Source: a virus (lineage: Duplodnaviria > Caudoviricetes). From it: 64,000 bases of DNA. The position numbers were made by a program, and so were the translations under genes. Location of the stretch: the IMG/VR virus record IMGVR_UViG_3300029267_004155, one strand, 5' to 3'. The notes below the pieces were generated by a model. The model ran no database searches and had not been told where the DNA came from. It saw only the letters and a list, made by a program, of their open reading frames with translations. Of this stretch, positions 23,464 through 33,535 are shown in pieces. Every line of letters starts with the position of its first letter. Within the stretch, counting starts at the first letter, position 1.

Positions 23464-25383
23464 ATGGGCGTCAACGAACGGATAAGAGAGCTCGAAGGGC
23501 TCGTGCGGTACCACTCCGACATCTACTTCAACGAGGCGAAGCAGGAGATCACGGACGCCGAGTACGACGAGCTGGTGGCCGAGCTGACGGAGCTCGACCC
23601 GGAGTCCCCGGCGCTGGTGGAGGTCGGCTCGGTGCCGTCCTACGGGCGCAAGGTGAAGCACAGCTCGACCATGGGCTCGCTGAAGAAGGCGACGACCGTG
23701 GACGAGGTGATGGCGTGGCACGAGGCCTGCGGGGGTGGCGACATCGTCCTGATGCCGAAGATGGACGGCCTGGCCATAAGGCTGAACTACAGGAGCGGGC
23801 GGTTCGTCCAGGCCGCGACACGGGGCGACGGGGAGATCGGCCAGGACGTGACCGACAACGCCAGGGGCGTCGACGGGGTGCGCGAGGAGATCGAGGACAA
23901 GGGGCCCGTCGAGATGCGGGGCGAGGTCTACATGCCGAAGGACGTCTTCCGGGGTTTCCAGGAGACCGGCTCCATCGACTTCGCCAACCCGAGGAACGCG
24001 GCGGCCGGCAGCCTGTGCGCCAAGGACCCGAAGGTGACGGCGAGCCGCGGGCTCTGCTTCCGGTGCTACGAGATCACGGGAGTCCACGGCCTGGAGTCGG
24101 AGACGGCCCGGCACGTCTACGCGAAGAACGAGCTCGGCGTGCCGTACGTGTCCATGAAGAGGTTCCATGACGGGCCGAACCTGAGGGCCGAGCTGGAGGC
24201 CGAGCTTCACGACTGCGAGTTCTCCAAGCGCCAGAAGATGAACTTCGAGATCGACGGCATGGTGCTGGCGATCGGAGACCTGGAGACGCAGGAGGAGCTC
24301 GGGTGGTCGGGGCGGCGCCCCAATGGGAAGATAGCCTACAAGTTCCGCCCCGAGCAGAAGGTCGCCGTCGTGCGCAGCGTGGATTGGCAGGTGGGCAGGA
24401 CCGGGCGCATGACGCCCATGGCGAGGATCGAGCCCACGGCCCTGTCCGGGAGCGTGGTCAAGAACGTGACGCTCCACAACCAGAAGTTCCTGGAGGAGCT
24501 GGGGCTCTGCGCCGGCTGCCGGGTGCTGGTCCAGAAGGCCGGCGACATCATCCCGCAGGTGGTGCGGAAGACGGACGGGCCGGAGGGCGCCGCGATTCCG
24601 AGGCCGGGGGTCTGCCCGTCCTGCGGGAGCAAGCTGAGGTTCGACGACGTGAACCTCTGGTGCGACTCCGTCTCGTGCCCGGCGAAGCTGGAGGAGAGGG
24701 TGCTCCACTACCTGAGGCGCATGGACGTCCTCGGGGTGGGGCCGGCGCTCGTCTCGGCTCTCTGTCGGAAAGGCCTCGTCAAGAGGCTGCCGGACTTGTA
24801 CTCCATCCCCTTCTCGGGGCTTCAGGAGGCGGCCGGGGGGACGCAGGCGGCGAGGAACGCCATGGAGGCGATCCTGGGCCGGAACGAGGTCCCGCTGCAC
24901 CAGTTCCTTTCCGCTCTCGGGGTTGGCGGGCTCGGGCGCACGACGTCCAGGGCGGTGGCGAAGGAGTACCGGTCCCTCTCCAAGATCGTGGCGTGTCCGG
25001 ACCTTCCCCTCATGGTTGGCCGGCTGGTCGGGCTGGACGGGATCGGGGAGACGACGGCCGGCTCCATCGCGCTCGGGCTGGCGGAGATCGCGAAGGAGGT
25101 CGAGGAGCTGGCCGGGATCATAGAGGTGCAGGACGTGGCCGAGGCCGAGGGGCCTCTGGTCGGACGGAGCTTCTGTCTGACCGGCGCCATGAGTCGGCCG
25201 AGGAAGGCGATAGCCGCGGACATCGAGGCCGCGGGCGGCGAGGTGAGGTCGAGTGTCGGGAAGGGATTGGACTTCCTGGTTCAGGCTGACGCGTCCAGCA
25301 CGTCAGGCAAGACGAAGAAGGCAGTGGCCAACGGGACCGCCATCATCGGCGAGGACGAGCTGGTCGAGATGATGCGGGGCTGA
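23464..25383 (+). CDS. ligA: NAD-dependent DNA ligase
   Basis: KMDG adenylation motif, TRGDG, RGEV, NPRNAAAGSL, OB fold, Zn finger, HhH, BRCT. Confidence 0.97.
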   Translation: MGVNERIRELEGLVRYHSDIYFNEAKQEITDAEYDELVAELTELDPESPALVEVGSVPSYGRKVKHSSTMGSLKKATTVDEVMAWHEACGGGDIVLMPKMDGLAIRLNYRSGRFVQAATRGDGEIGQDVTDNARGVDGVREEIEDKGPVEMRGEVYMPKDVFRGFQETGSIDFANPRNAAAGSLCAKDPKVTASRGLCFRCYEITGVHGLESETARHVYAKNELGVPYVSMKRFHDGPNLRAELEAELHDCEFSKRQKMNFEIDGMVLAIGDLETQEELGWSGRRPNGKIAYKFRPEQKVAVVRSVDWQVGRTGRMTPMARIEPTALSGSVVKNVTLHNQKFLEELGLCAGCRVLVQKAGDIIPQVVRKTDGPEGAAIPRPGVCPSCGSKLRFDDVNLWCDSVSCPAKLEERVLHYLRRMDVLGVGPALVSALCRKGLVKRLPDLYSIPFSGLQEAAGGTQAARNAMEAILGRNEVPLHQFLSALGVGGLGRTTSRAVAKEYRSLSKIVACPDLPLMVGRLVGLDGIGETTAGSIALGLAEIAKEVEELAGIIEVQDVAEAEGPLVGRSFCLTGAMSRPRKAIAADIEAAGGEVRSSVGKGLDFLVQADASSTSGKTKKAVANGTAIIGEDELVEMMRG

Positions 25384-25479
25384 GAGACGGCCCATGGAAG
25401 CGGAGATGTGGAAAGGGCCTTGGCGGGTCGGCCATGACCGAGCGGGCCGAACGGATCGAGGCCGAGCTGAAAGTGATAG

Positions 25480-25758
25480 GTGGTGGATGACATGGATGTG
25501 CCGAGCATGCCGGGGGAGAGGGCGCACGGCTTGTTCGTCGCCGCGGAGAGGATGGGGCTGGACGGCCCCACCCACGACATGATCTCGATGGCGATTCAGG
25601 ATGCCGAGTTCGACACCTTGAACTTCCCCGACGTGATCGCGCAGAGGCATGGGCACGGGTGGGACGGCAAGGGCATGATGGTGCGCGTGGACAATCCGGA
25701 GTCCGATGCCGACATGATCGCGGACGAGGTGATAGCGGAGCTGGAGTACATGGAATGA
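25480..25758 (+). CDS. hypothetical protein
   Basis: ORF with typical codon usage. Confidence 0.55.
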   Translation: MVDDMDVPSMPGERAHGLFVAAERMGLDGPTHDMISMAIQDAEFDTLNFPDVIAQRHGHGWDGKGMMVRVDNPESDADMIADEVIAELEYME

Positions 25759-26300
25759 GCGAGATGCACTTGGCCCAGGTGACGGTGGTCTTCTACGATG
25801 TCGGCGACGCCGTTCCGTGGGACGACGAGTTCGCCGTCATGCGGAAGCGGGCCGACGAGACGTCCGAGGAGCGGACCGGGAAGACGGCCCTCGGCCAGGA
25901 GCTCGAGCCGTGGCACGTCTTCACGGAGCCGAACGCCGGCATGAACGTGACCTTCGTCGGCTCGTGGAGCGACGGGTCTGCCGGTTGCCTGCTGGAGCAC
26001 GAGGTCCAGGAGATGGGCCTCTCCCACGTCATCGAGGGTTTGGAGGAGGCCTTGTTCGCCATTGCCGAGAGGAGGATGGCTGCCGAGCAGAGGAGGATGG
26101 ACGGGTTGCCGTTGCCTCCAGCGTGCCTGATGTCGTATGACGTCACGCATCCGAAGTTGCGGGCCATTTCGTTCGTGGCGGCTTTCGAGGCCAAGACGTG
26201 GAGGCGCGCGGACGACGATTGGGGCGTGGACGCGGTGTTGCTCGGCGTGGTGGACCTGGACAGGATCAAGGAGGTAGTCGAGCATGAGGACGCCGAGTGA
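25755..26300 (+). CDS. hypothetical protein
   Basis: ATGA-coupled. Confidence 0.65.
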   Translation: MSEMHLAQVTVVFYDVGDAVPWDDEFAVMRKRADETSEERTGKTALGQELEPWHVFTEPNAGMNVTFVGSWSDGSAGCLLEHEVQEMGLSHVIEGLEEALFAIAERRMAAEQRRMDGLPLPPACLMSYDVTHPKLRAISFVAAFEAKTWRRADDDWGVDAVLLGVVDLDRIKEVVEHEDAE

Positions 26301-26481
26301 GCTTTATCTCGCCCTGGGGCGCTATCTGGTGGTGAAAAGGGCGGAAGGTGGAGAAGTCCGGACTTTCAAGCGCCCCGACGGGCGTATAATGGCAGTGAGG
26401 TGGTGTCCGGACCCGAAGGCGGGCGACCGACCCACCCTGGGGCAGTTTTGCCAGGCCTACGGGCTGGAGCGGGAGAGGTGA
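26284..26481 (+). CDS. hypothetical protein
   Basis: AAGGAGG RBS. Confidence 0.5.
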   Translation: MRTPSELYLALGRYLVVKRAEGGEVRTFKRPDGRIMAVRWCPDPKAGDRPTLGQFCQAYGLERER

Positions 26482-26951
26482 TGGTGGACAGGCAGCGACA
26501 GATGGAGGATGCGATGGGGCGCTGGTGCCAGGAGGGCTACCAGTGCATGGTCGCCGTCATGGACGACGGTGACGACAGGGCCCTGACCCGGTGCCTGTCC
26601 ACGCTGCCGCAGCCGATCGTCGTGGACCTCTGCCTCAGGCTCTCCAGGGTCATGGCCGCGATGCCGCCCTGGTGGGCCGGCGCGAAAGGGGGCGCTCTCG
26701 CCGTCAAGGGCGGCGGGGGGACCGACGAGATGGCGAGGGAGGTGGGCGAGGCTCTGGGCGGCGACGTCGTCATGGCGGTCGGCGTGGCCACGGGCCACCA
26801 GTCGGTCTACATCCGGGGGTCCGTCATGGAGGTGGTCTACCTGGCAATGCGGACGGTTATCTCGATGGAGCGCAGCATGGCCGAGGCGAGGAGGGGCGGG
26901 GAAGGCCCGCCGACGGGCCCGGGGCCGATAGGCCACTACAGCTTGAACTGA
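26481..26951 (+). CDS. hypothetical protein
   Basis: Coupled start, GAGG RBS. Confidence 0.6.
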   Translation: MVDRQRQMEDAMGRWCQEGYQCMVAVMDDGDDRALTRCLSTLPQPIVVDLCLRLSRVMAAMPPWWAGAKGGALAVKGGGGTDEMAREVGEALGGDVVMAVGVATGHQSVYIRGSVMEVVYLAMRTVISMERSMAEARRGGEGPPTGPGPIGHYSLN

Positions 26952-26961
26952 GGAGTCGACC

Positions 26962-27591
26962 ATGGACGTGGAAAGCGAGACGGCGAGGCGGAGGGCGGAC
27001 CTGGACCGGAGGCTGGCTGAGAACGCGTTGCTGGAGCGCCAGGCCAGCGAGGCCGATGACAGGATGATCGAGGTCGTCTCCAGCCTGGAGGTGGGGCAGC
27101 AGGCCCTGGTCTTCCTGGAGCGTGTGGCCAACGCCAGGCGCGGGGCCATGAAGGGCAAGATCGAGACGGTCGTGACGGAGGCGCTGAGGCTCATCTACGG
27201 GCCGGACTACTCCGTCGAGCTGACCTACTGCATGAAGAACAATCGTTCCAACCTGGACGTGGAGCTCGTCAGGAAGACCGCGGTCGGCGAGGTCAGGCGC
27301 GGCCTTGGCGGCTTCGGGGGAGGCGTGGCTGACACGATCAGCGTCCCCATGCGCCTCATGGTCCTGATCGGCTCCAGGCAGACGGACCGGGTGTGCGCGC
27401 TGGACGAGTGCTGGAAGCACATAGACCCCGACAGGGTCGAGCTCGTGGCCCAGTTCCTGAGGGCGCTGTCGGACAGGCTCGGGGTGCAGCTCCTCATTAG
27501 CTCGCATCACGAGAGGATGGTGGACGTGGCCGACCGGGCCTACCACGTGACGGAGGAAGATGGTCGTTCGATAGTTGGCAGGGTAACGTGA
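26962..27591 (+). CDS. SbcC/Rad50-like ABC-ATPase C-terminal half
   Basis: Coiled coil, FGGG signature, ALDE Walker B, D-loop, SSH H-loop; no Walker A. Confidence 0.8.
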   Translation: MDVESETARRRADLDRRLAENALLERQASEADDRMIEVVSSLEVGQQALVFLERVANARRGAMKGKIETVVTEALRLIYGPDYSVELTYCMKNNRSNLDVELVRKTAVGEVRRGLGGFGGGVADTISVPMRLMVLIGSRQTDRVCALDECWKHIDPDRVELVAQFLRALSDRLGVQLLISSHHERMVDVADRAYHVTEEDGRSIVGRVT

Positions 27592-27606
27592 GAAGGAGAC
27601 GGGAAG

Positions 27607-28128
27607 ATGGCTAGGCAGATAGAGGCGTCGGAGGCGCTCGTGGCGGTCGCGGACGAGGCTGCGCGGGTGAACAACAGGCTGACCGAGCTGACGGCCCAGG
27701 ACAAGGGCTACAAGCTCAAGATCGTCGAGGGCGTCAAGGGGATGTTCGAGAAGGGGGAGAAGTCCGTCGTCGTCCGGGGGACGGAGGCCGACGTGATGGT
27801 GACCGCCTCCGACAAGGTGACGATCCTGGTCGGCGAGCCGGTCTTCGAGGAGCTTGTCAGGCCGGCCATCGACTCGGGCCTCCTGGACCTGGTCGACGCG
27901 AAGAGGAGGCTCGTCGTGGCCCCGGGGGACGTGCAGAGGGCCGCGGACGCCCTGGAGGCTGCCGGCATCGGGGCGAGCATCGAGGTGGCCTACTCCGCCA
28001 AGGCGGCGGACCTGGACGGCCCGGGGTCCAGGACCGGCGAGGTGGAGCATGACAAGGCTGCCGAGGCGCTGGACAGGGTGGTGAGGACGAGCCGGGACTA
28101 CAGGGTCTCGTTCAAGTGGAGGGGCTGA
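27607..28128 (+). CDS. hypothetical protein
   Basis: AAGGAG RBS. Confidence 0.7.
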   Translation: MARQIEASEALVAVADEAARVNNRLTELTAQDKGYKLKIVEGVKGMFEKGEKSVVVRGTEADVMVTASDKVTILVGEPVFEELVRPAIDSGLLDLVDAKRRLVVAPGDVQRAADALEAAGIGASIEVAYSAKAADLDGPGSRTGEVEHDKAAEALDRVVRTSRDYRVSFKWRG

Positions 28129-28129
28129 C

Positions 28130-30706
28130 ATGGGGAAAGACAAAGATCAAGAGCAGGACCTCTCGTACGAGGGCTGCTACGGGCCGAAGCTGAGCTACTC
28201 CGAGCTCGACGACTTCCTGGCCGAGTCGTTCAGCCTGAACTACGAGATCAAGAACGATCGGGACCGGTTCTCCACCTGCGTGTGGGGTCATTCCGGTGTC
28301 GGAAAGTGCATTGCTGGGGAGTCTCTCGTCGTGACTGACGACGGGATGGTGGAGATAGCCGAGTGCTGTGACGGCCTGGGGGACGACTCCACAAGGGGGG
28401 TTGTCGACCTTAGGGTTCACACTCCGAACCGAAGCGACCCGATGCAGCAGGTAGCTTTTGTGTATCATGCCGGTTTGAAGGATGCCATCGGGATCAGGAC
28501 GAGCAATGGGAGGGAGATCGTTGGCAGCCTGGAGCATCCGGTGAAGGTGCTGACGGAATCGGGGTTCAAATGGAAGAACCTGCCCGAACTGGAGATCGGC
28601 GATTTTGTCGTTGTCGATTTTGTCAGGGTCGATGCGCCCGACATGGGGCTTCCTTCCCTTGGCGACCTCGGGAGATATTGCATCCGTGATTTTGTGGTGC
28701 CATCGAGGATGACGCCCGACTTGGCCTTCGTGCTCGGGGCTCTCGTTGGGGAGGGGGCACAGGGCTCTCGTTATGTGGTCAAGTTCTCGCAGCATGAGTC
28801 TCGTCCGCTCGGGGACGCCTACTGTCTGAGATTTGAAAAAGTGTTTGGGCTCCGGCCTGTTCGATCTTCCCACAAGGGGGATGGCAATTTCGACTACTCT
28901 GTGAACAGGACGGCGATCAGGAGGTGGCTGGCCGAGATAGGTCTTGACTATGCGGGAAGCGACGATGTGCGCGTTCCCTATTCCGTCATGCGGTCCTCGA
29001 AACGTAGCCAGTTGGGGTTTCTGAAGGCGCTCGTGGAGGCCGGGGGCTCCAACGAGTTGCATGGAATCTCGATAGGGTCGAACTCGAAGAGGATGCTGGA
29101 GCAGGTGCAGTTCATGCTTCTGCGTTTCGGCGTGATGGCCTCTCTCAGAAGGAAGACGAAGAAGGCGTGGAGGCTGAACGTTACCGGAGAGGACGCGAGG
29201 GCCTTCAATGAGGTTGTCGGCTTCTCCAGGGCCGCGGGTGAATGGCTTGATCGTTCATCCAATCCGAACAAGGATGGTGTCCCCTCCTGTTGGGCGTGGG
29301 GGTTCCTTCGGGCCATGAAGGATTCGCACCTGGCGAATGGTGGCCATGTCGGGAAGAAGGCCGTCCACTCCTGTCCGCTGAACAGCATCTATGGCGAGGG
29401 CCTCAAGAAGAGGCGAAAGGTGTGGAGCAGGGAGAAGGTTGAGAGGATTGCTGCCGTCCTGGATGCCGCCGACGAGTCGTACAGGACGCTTCTGGACTAT
29501 GTGATGGCTTATAGGTACGAGACAGTGGAGGAGACCTGGGATGCTGGTCGCATTCCCCTCTTCGATCTGTGCGTGCCGAATGGTCATGAGTTCGTGGCTA
29601 ATGGGATCGTGGTTCACAATTCTGGTAAGATCGACCAGTTCCGGAAGGTGCCGGTCAAGTGGGAGGGCGACGACTACGAGGGCTACGACGTCAGGCATGT
29701 CCCCATCGCGCAGTTCGAGGAGATGGGCGACCTGCACGGGCTCCCCGACAAGCACGTCCTGATTCGCAGGAATCACGGCAGGAACGATGAGCTGTGGGTG
29801 CCGATGGAAGTGGCCAAGGGCTACGTCAACGACGGGTGGGACGTCGATCACACGGCGGGCGTCAGGACAATGTACGCGCCTCCGGACTGGGTGCCTCACC
29901 GGCCGGGGCCGTCGATCCTCCACCTGGAGGACTGGAACCGGGCGAGCGGCCGCATCGTCAAGGGGATCATGCAGCTGATGCAGACCTACGGGATGATGAG
30001 CTGGAGGCTGCCGCCTGGCTGCAACATAGTGATGTCGGCCAACCCGGACGAGCAGGAGTACCTCGTGACGACCATCGACAAGGCGATCCTGACCAGGTTC
30101 CGCAGCGCGACCCTGAGGCACGACGCCAAGGAGTGGGCGGTCTGGGCCGACGCCCAGGGGCTCGACCCACGGGGGATCAACTACGTCCTGTCCTACCCCG
30201 AGATGATGGTCGGGGGCGAGAGGACGATGCCGCGGACGCTGTCGGACTTCTTCCGGTACTCAAAGAGGGTGCCGAGCCTGAAGGGCAAGGAGTCGGTCGC
30301 GCGTCTCAGGAGGATGGCCCAGGCGCTCCTGGACGACGTCACGGTCCATTCCATCCTGACCTTCTTCCAGAGGGACGTGGAGATGGCCGTCGAGCCGGAG
30401 CGGATACTGCTCGGGGACGAGTCGGCCTTCAAGCACGTCAAGGACCTCATGACCAGGAGGGAGAAGAGGATCGACGTGGTCGGGGTCATCTCCAGCCGGC
30501 TCTTCGCCAGGCTGGCCAACCCCGAGTGCGAGCAGACGGCGTCGGCAGTTGCCAACGTCCAGCGCTTCCTGACGCTGCCGTGCCTGGAGGAGGACATGAG
30601 GCATGCCCTCTGCCTCCGCATCAACAGGGTCCGTGACGAGGGGCGCATGGTGCAGTGGATACTCGGGAACGACGAGCTCAAGGACCTCATCATGAAGGTG
30701 GTGTGA
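28130..30706 (+). CDS. AAA+ ATPase interrupted by an intein
   Basis: GHSGVGK|intein|S Walker A; PPDW, LEDWNRA, SANP, DKAILTRF. Confidence 0.9.
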   Translation: MGKDKDQEQDLSYEGCYGPKLSYSELDDFLAESFSLNYEIKNDRDRFSTCVWGHSGVGKCIAGESLVVTDDGMVEIAECCDGLGDDSTRGVVDLRVHTPNRSDPMQQVAFVYHAGLKDAIGIRTSNGREIVGSLEHPVKVLTESGFKWKNLPELEIGDFVVVDFVRVDAPDMGLPSLGDLGRYCIRDFVVPSRMTPDLAFVLGALVGEGAQGSRYVVKFSQHESRPLGDAYCLRFEKVFGLRPVRSSHKGDGNFDYSVNRTAIRRWLAEIGLDYAGSDDVRVPYSVMRSSKRSQLGFLKALVEAGGSNELHGISIGSNSKRMLEQVQFMLLRFGVMASLRRKTKKAWRLNVTGEDARAFNEVVGFSRAAGEWLDRSSNPNKDGVPSCWAWGFLRAMKDSHLANGGHVGKKAVHSCPLNSIYGEGLKKRRKVWSREKVERIAAVLDAADESYRTLLDYVMAYRYETVEETWDAGRIPLFDLCVPNGHEFVANGIVVHNSGKIDQFRKVPVKWEGDDYEGYDVRHVPIAQFEEMGDLHGLPDKHVLIRRNHGRNDELWVPMEVAKGYVNDGWDVDHTAGVRTMYAPPDWVPHRPGPSILHLEDWNRASGRIVKGIMQLMQTYGMMSWRLPPGCNIVMSANPDEQEYLVTTIDKAILTRFRSATLRHDAKEWAVWADAQGLDPRGINYVLSYPEMMVGGERTMPRTLSDFFRYSKRVPSLKGKESVARLRRMAQALLDDVTVHSILTFFQRDVEMAVEPERILLGDESAFKHVKDLMTRREKRIDVVGVISSRLFARLANPECEQTASAVANVQRFLTLPCLEEDMRHALCLRINRVRDEGRMVQWILGNDELKDLIMKVV
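28307..29620 (+). mobile_element. intein (438 aa) with LAGLIDADG-type homing endonuclease domain
   Basis: Starts CIAGES, block-B EHP, ends FDLCVP..HEFVANGIVVHN/S; LGALVGEG and FLKALVEAGG motifs; lower GC. Confidence 0.93.
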
Positions 30707-31047
30707 TGGCTAGGCTTGTGGTCATGGCTCAGAGGATGCCCGGGGTCGGGCGCATGTTCGTGCGCGGGACCTTCACCCAGAAGAAGAACGCGTGGGACTC
30801 CATGGTCGGCCTCGTGCCGGACCTGGAGTCCTCCATGGTGGCCTACGACGACGTCGTGGCGACCGAGTCGCCGCTCACCTACCGAAGGGTCTGCGACTTG
30901 CTGCGGAGGAACGGGAGGGCCGTCGTCGGGCGACCGGGGGGCGACAAGGAGTTCCTGCTGCTGGAGGGCGAGGCGAACGAGGTGAGGTCCTGGGACGTGA
31001 GCGACGGAGGGGCTCCTGTGCCGAACCCGGCGAGGGGGTCGGGGTGA
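30706..31047 (+). CDS. hypothetical protein
   Basis: TGATG-coupled. Confidence 0.65.
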   Translation: MARLVVMAQRMPGVGRMFVRGTFTQKKNAWDSMVGLVPDLESSMVAYDDVVATESPLTYRRVCDLLRRNGRAVVGRPGGDKEFLLLEGEANEVRSWDVSDGGAPVPNPARGSG

Positions 31048-31433
31048 GACGGGGCGGCCGCAAGTTGAAGAGGGCCTACGACTACGAGACGGGAGAGCTC
31101 CTGAGGGATGGCGACAGCTCGTGGCCCGGACGCATCATGTCGATGCGGAGGCATCCGGATCGGCCCATGGTCTACTTCCTTTGCAGGAACGACCGCGACG
31201 AGTGGACCATGATGGTCTCTCTCGCCGACGCGGTCTGCGAGCCGTGGCTGGCTCGCCAGGTTCCCGCTTCCGTCATGGAGGAGATGCTGTACGACGCCTT
31301 CGTCGGCTATGTCCTTCCCACGCCGGTGACGCCCGAGCGGTTCGCCAGGCGGTCGTCCGCGAGGCCGCAGGTGAAGCCGCAGGCGGTCGCCGTCTCCGAG
31401 TCCCTCTGGCTGCCGGCCGTTGACCTCCCTTGA
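31044..31433 (+). CDS. hypothetical protein
   Basis: GTGA-coupled. Confidence 0.55.
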   Translation: MRRGGRKLKRAYDYETGELLRDGDSSWPGRIMSMRRHPDRPMVYFLCRNDRDEWTMMVSLADAVCEPWLARQVPASVMEEMLYDAFVGYVLPTPVTPERFARRSSARPQVKPQAVAVSESLWLPAVDLP

Positions 31434-31450
31434 CTTTTTTCGCTGTCCGC

Positions 31451-31487
31451 GTGGAAAATCGCCCTCTTTCGGCAATATGGGGTGGAG
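31451..31487 (+). promoter_or_regulatory. conserved motif copy 5
   Basis: GTGGAAAA-TCGCCCTCTTTC-GGCAATATGGGGTGGAG. Confidence 0.78.
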
Positions 31488-31522
31488 CGTGTGACGAGAA
31501 CGGCCAACACAAGGAGGACGAC

Positions 31523-31987
31523 ATGAGCGACCTGACGCTTGAGGACCTGATCCCCGGGACCATGGCGGCGAGGCTCGATGGCAAGCTGGCGATCGTGCTG
31601 GAGCAGAAGCCTGGCAATCCGAGCAACCCCGTCATTTTCCAGATGGCCGGCAAGGCGCTCGGCGCCCGGTACAAGGGGCCGGTGGCGGACTTCACGGCCG
31701 TCGTGGGGCTCGTCGACATGGATGCGCTGAGGGAGGCCGCGACGACGATGCCGGGTGGCCCTCCGCGGTCCGGCCATGCCGGGGTCGACGACGACTTCCT
31801 GGTTCCCGACAGCCTCAAGGGCATCAAGGTCGGGGACCAGATCAGGATCAGGGGGCGACGCGGGGACGAGGTCGTCACGTACGAAGGGTACAACCACCGG
31901 CGTCCGAGGTACCCGGTCAGCTTCACGACGGTGTCGGGCCGTCAGATGAAGGGCGGCGTGAGCATCGTTCTCGGGAAGGCGGGCTGA
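31523..31987 (+). CDS. hypothetical protein
   Basis: AAGGAGG RBS. Confidence 0.7.
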   Translation: MSDLTLEDLIPGTMAARLDGKLAIVLEQKPGNPSNPVIFQMAGKALGARYKGPVADFTAVVGLVDMDALREAATTMPGGPPRSGHAGVDDDFLVPDSLKGIKVGDQIRIRGRRGDEVVTYEGYNHRRPRYPVSFTTVSGRQMKGGVSIVLGKAG

Positions 31988-32391
31988 TGGACGTCATGTC
32001 CATGGAGAAGCGGAGCGCGCTCATGTCCCGCATCAAGGGGGTGGACACCAAGCCGGAGAAGGCGGTCCGCTCCCTCCTTCACTCCCTCGGGTACAGGTTC
32101 CGGCTGCATCGCAGGGACCTTCCGGGGACGCCGGACGTGGTGCTTCCGAGGCATCGGGCGGTGGTGATGGTGAACGGGTGCTTCTGGCACCGGCACGAGT
32201 GCGGGGCGGGCTCCAGGACGCCCAGGTCCAATGTCGAGTTCTGGGAGTCCAAGTTCGAGCGGAACGTGGAGCGCGACGCCAGGGTGGCGGCCGAGCTCCG
32301 GGGGCTCGGGTGGAAGGTGGTGACGGTCTGGGAGTGCGAGTGCCGGGACGTAGAGGCGCTCGCGGCGAGGCTGGAGGGCGAGATCGGATGA
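31987..32391 (+). CDS. vsr: very short patch repair endonuclease
   Basis: RSALMSRIKGVDTKPE, LPGTPD, GCFWH.H, WECE. Confidence 0.95.
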   Translation: MDVMSMEKRSALMSRIKGVDTKPEKAVRSLLHSLGYRFRLHRRDLPGTPDVVLPRHRAVVMVNGCFWHRHECGAGSRTPRSNVEFWESKFERNVERDARVAAELRGLGWKVVTVWECECRDVEALAARLEGEIG

Positions 32392-33350
32392 TAGGCGGCA
32401 GCTCCTACGAGATGGACCTGAGGCGCATGGCGGCCATGCACATGGCGCCGTTGCCCGACATGGTCTTCTTCGAGCCCTCGGGGGTGTTCGTCGACTGGCT
32501 CGTGAGGCTGGCCGGGCGCCGGGAGGTCGTCGACTGCGGCTGCGGCACGGGCGAGCTCGTGAGGCGCGTGGTCGAGGCTGGCGGGAAGGCCATCGGCCTG
32601 GACGTAGCCGACAGGGAGGGTCAGGTGGTGGACGTCGTGCCGATCGACGCGACGGCCTTCCCCTTCACGAGCCGGCACGTGGCCGTGTTGGCGAGGCCAT
32701 CCCGCGGGGAGTGGATCAGGGAGGTGATCGAGAAGGCGCACGAGGCGGGGGCCGACGTGGTCTACGTCGGGTTGCCGAAGCACCATGCCGAGGATGTCGG
32801 CGACCTTGAAGGCGTAGAGTGTGTGATGACGGACGCGGGCCGCGACGGCGAGAGCGTCTACCTGCTGAGAGGAGGTCGGGAGATGGGCAAGACAAGGTTC
32901 GTGCTTCTGAAGTGGATGAAGGGCTTCTGCGGTCCGGGCACCTTCATGGGGCCCTGCTGGTTCGAGGACGGCGTTTCTCGGTGGGTCAACCATTCGGGGG
33001 GTGGCTTCGAGAAGAGTCCGGACAAGGAGGAGATTGTTGACGAGTGCCATGCTGAGGACATCTTTGAGCTCGACTGGACCAGGACGACCTACAACCGGCC
33101 GGACTCCGAGATCGGCTGGCTCGCCCCGGACGGCAGGTGGCACGGCTGCGGCAGCCAGGACCACGACTTCGTGGCGGAGATGATCCTCAAGATGCCGACG
33201 CGGGAGGCCGAGAAGACCCATGTCCGTGTCGACGGGCCGCGTTGTGTGGAGATGGGCGGGCCTGGCTGGAGGTTCCAGGGCCGTCGGCTGACGGCCGAGC
33301 AGAGGAACTGGCTCTCCCTCAGGGGCTACAAGGTGGAGGACTTCGACTGA
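32388..33350 (+). CDS. SAM-dependent methyltransferase-like domain fused to an unknown domain
   Basis: VVDCGCGTG motif I; C-terminal GWLAPDG..H. Confidence 0.65.
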   Translation: MIGGSSYEMDLRRMAAMHMAPLPDMVFFEPSGVFVDWLVRLAGRREVVDCGCGTGELVRRVVEAGGKAIGLDVADREGQVVDVVPIDATAFPFTSRHVAVLARPSRGEWIREVIEKAHEAGADVVYVGLPKHHAEDVGDLEGVECVMTDAGRDGESVYLLRGGREMGKTRFVLLKWMKGFCGPGTFMGPCWFEDGVSRWVNHSGGGFEKSPDKEEIVDECHAEDIFELDWTRTTYNRPDSEIGWLAPDGRWHGCGSQDHDFVAEMILKMPTREAEKTHVRVDGPRCVEMGGPGWRFQGRRLTAEQRNWLSLRGYKVEDFD

Positions 33351-33535
33351 TGGAGAGGGAACGGATAGAGGCTCAGGTGCGGGAGTTCCTGAATGGCCAC
33401 TACAACGATGCCACGGCTCCGGCACAGGATGCGTTCGAGGACGAGCTGCTCGATATCGCTGACGAGGCGGAAGAGCTAGGTTCGTTTGAGGCGTGGAGGC
33501 AGAAGTATGGTCAACAGCAGGCGGTGAGGCTATGA
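33350..33535 (+). CDS. hypothetical protein
   Basis: Coupled ORF. Confidence 0.55.
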   Translation: MERERIEAQVREFLNGHYNDATAPAQDAFEDELLDIADEAEELGSFEAWRQKYGQQQAVRL

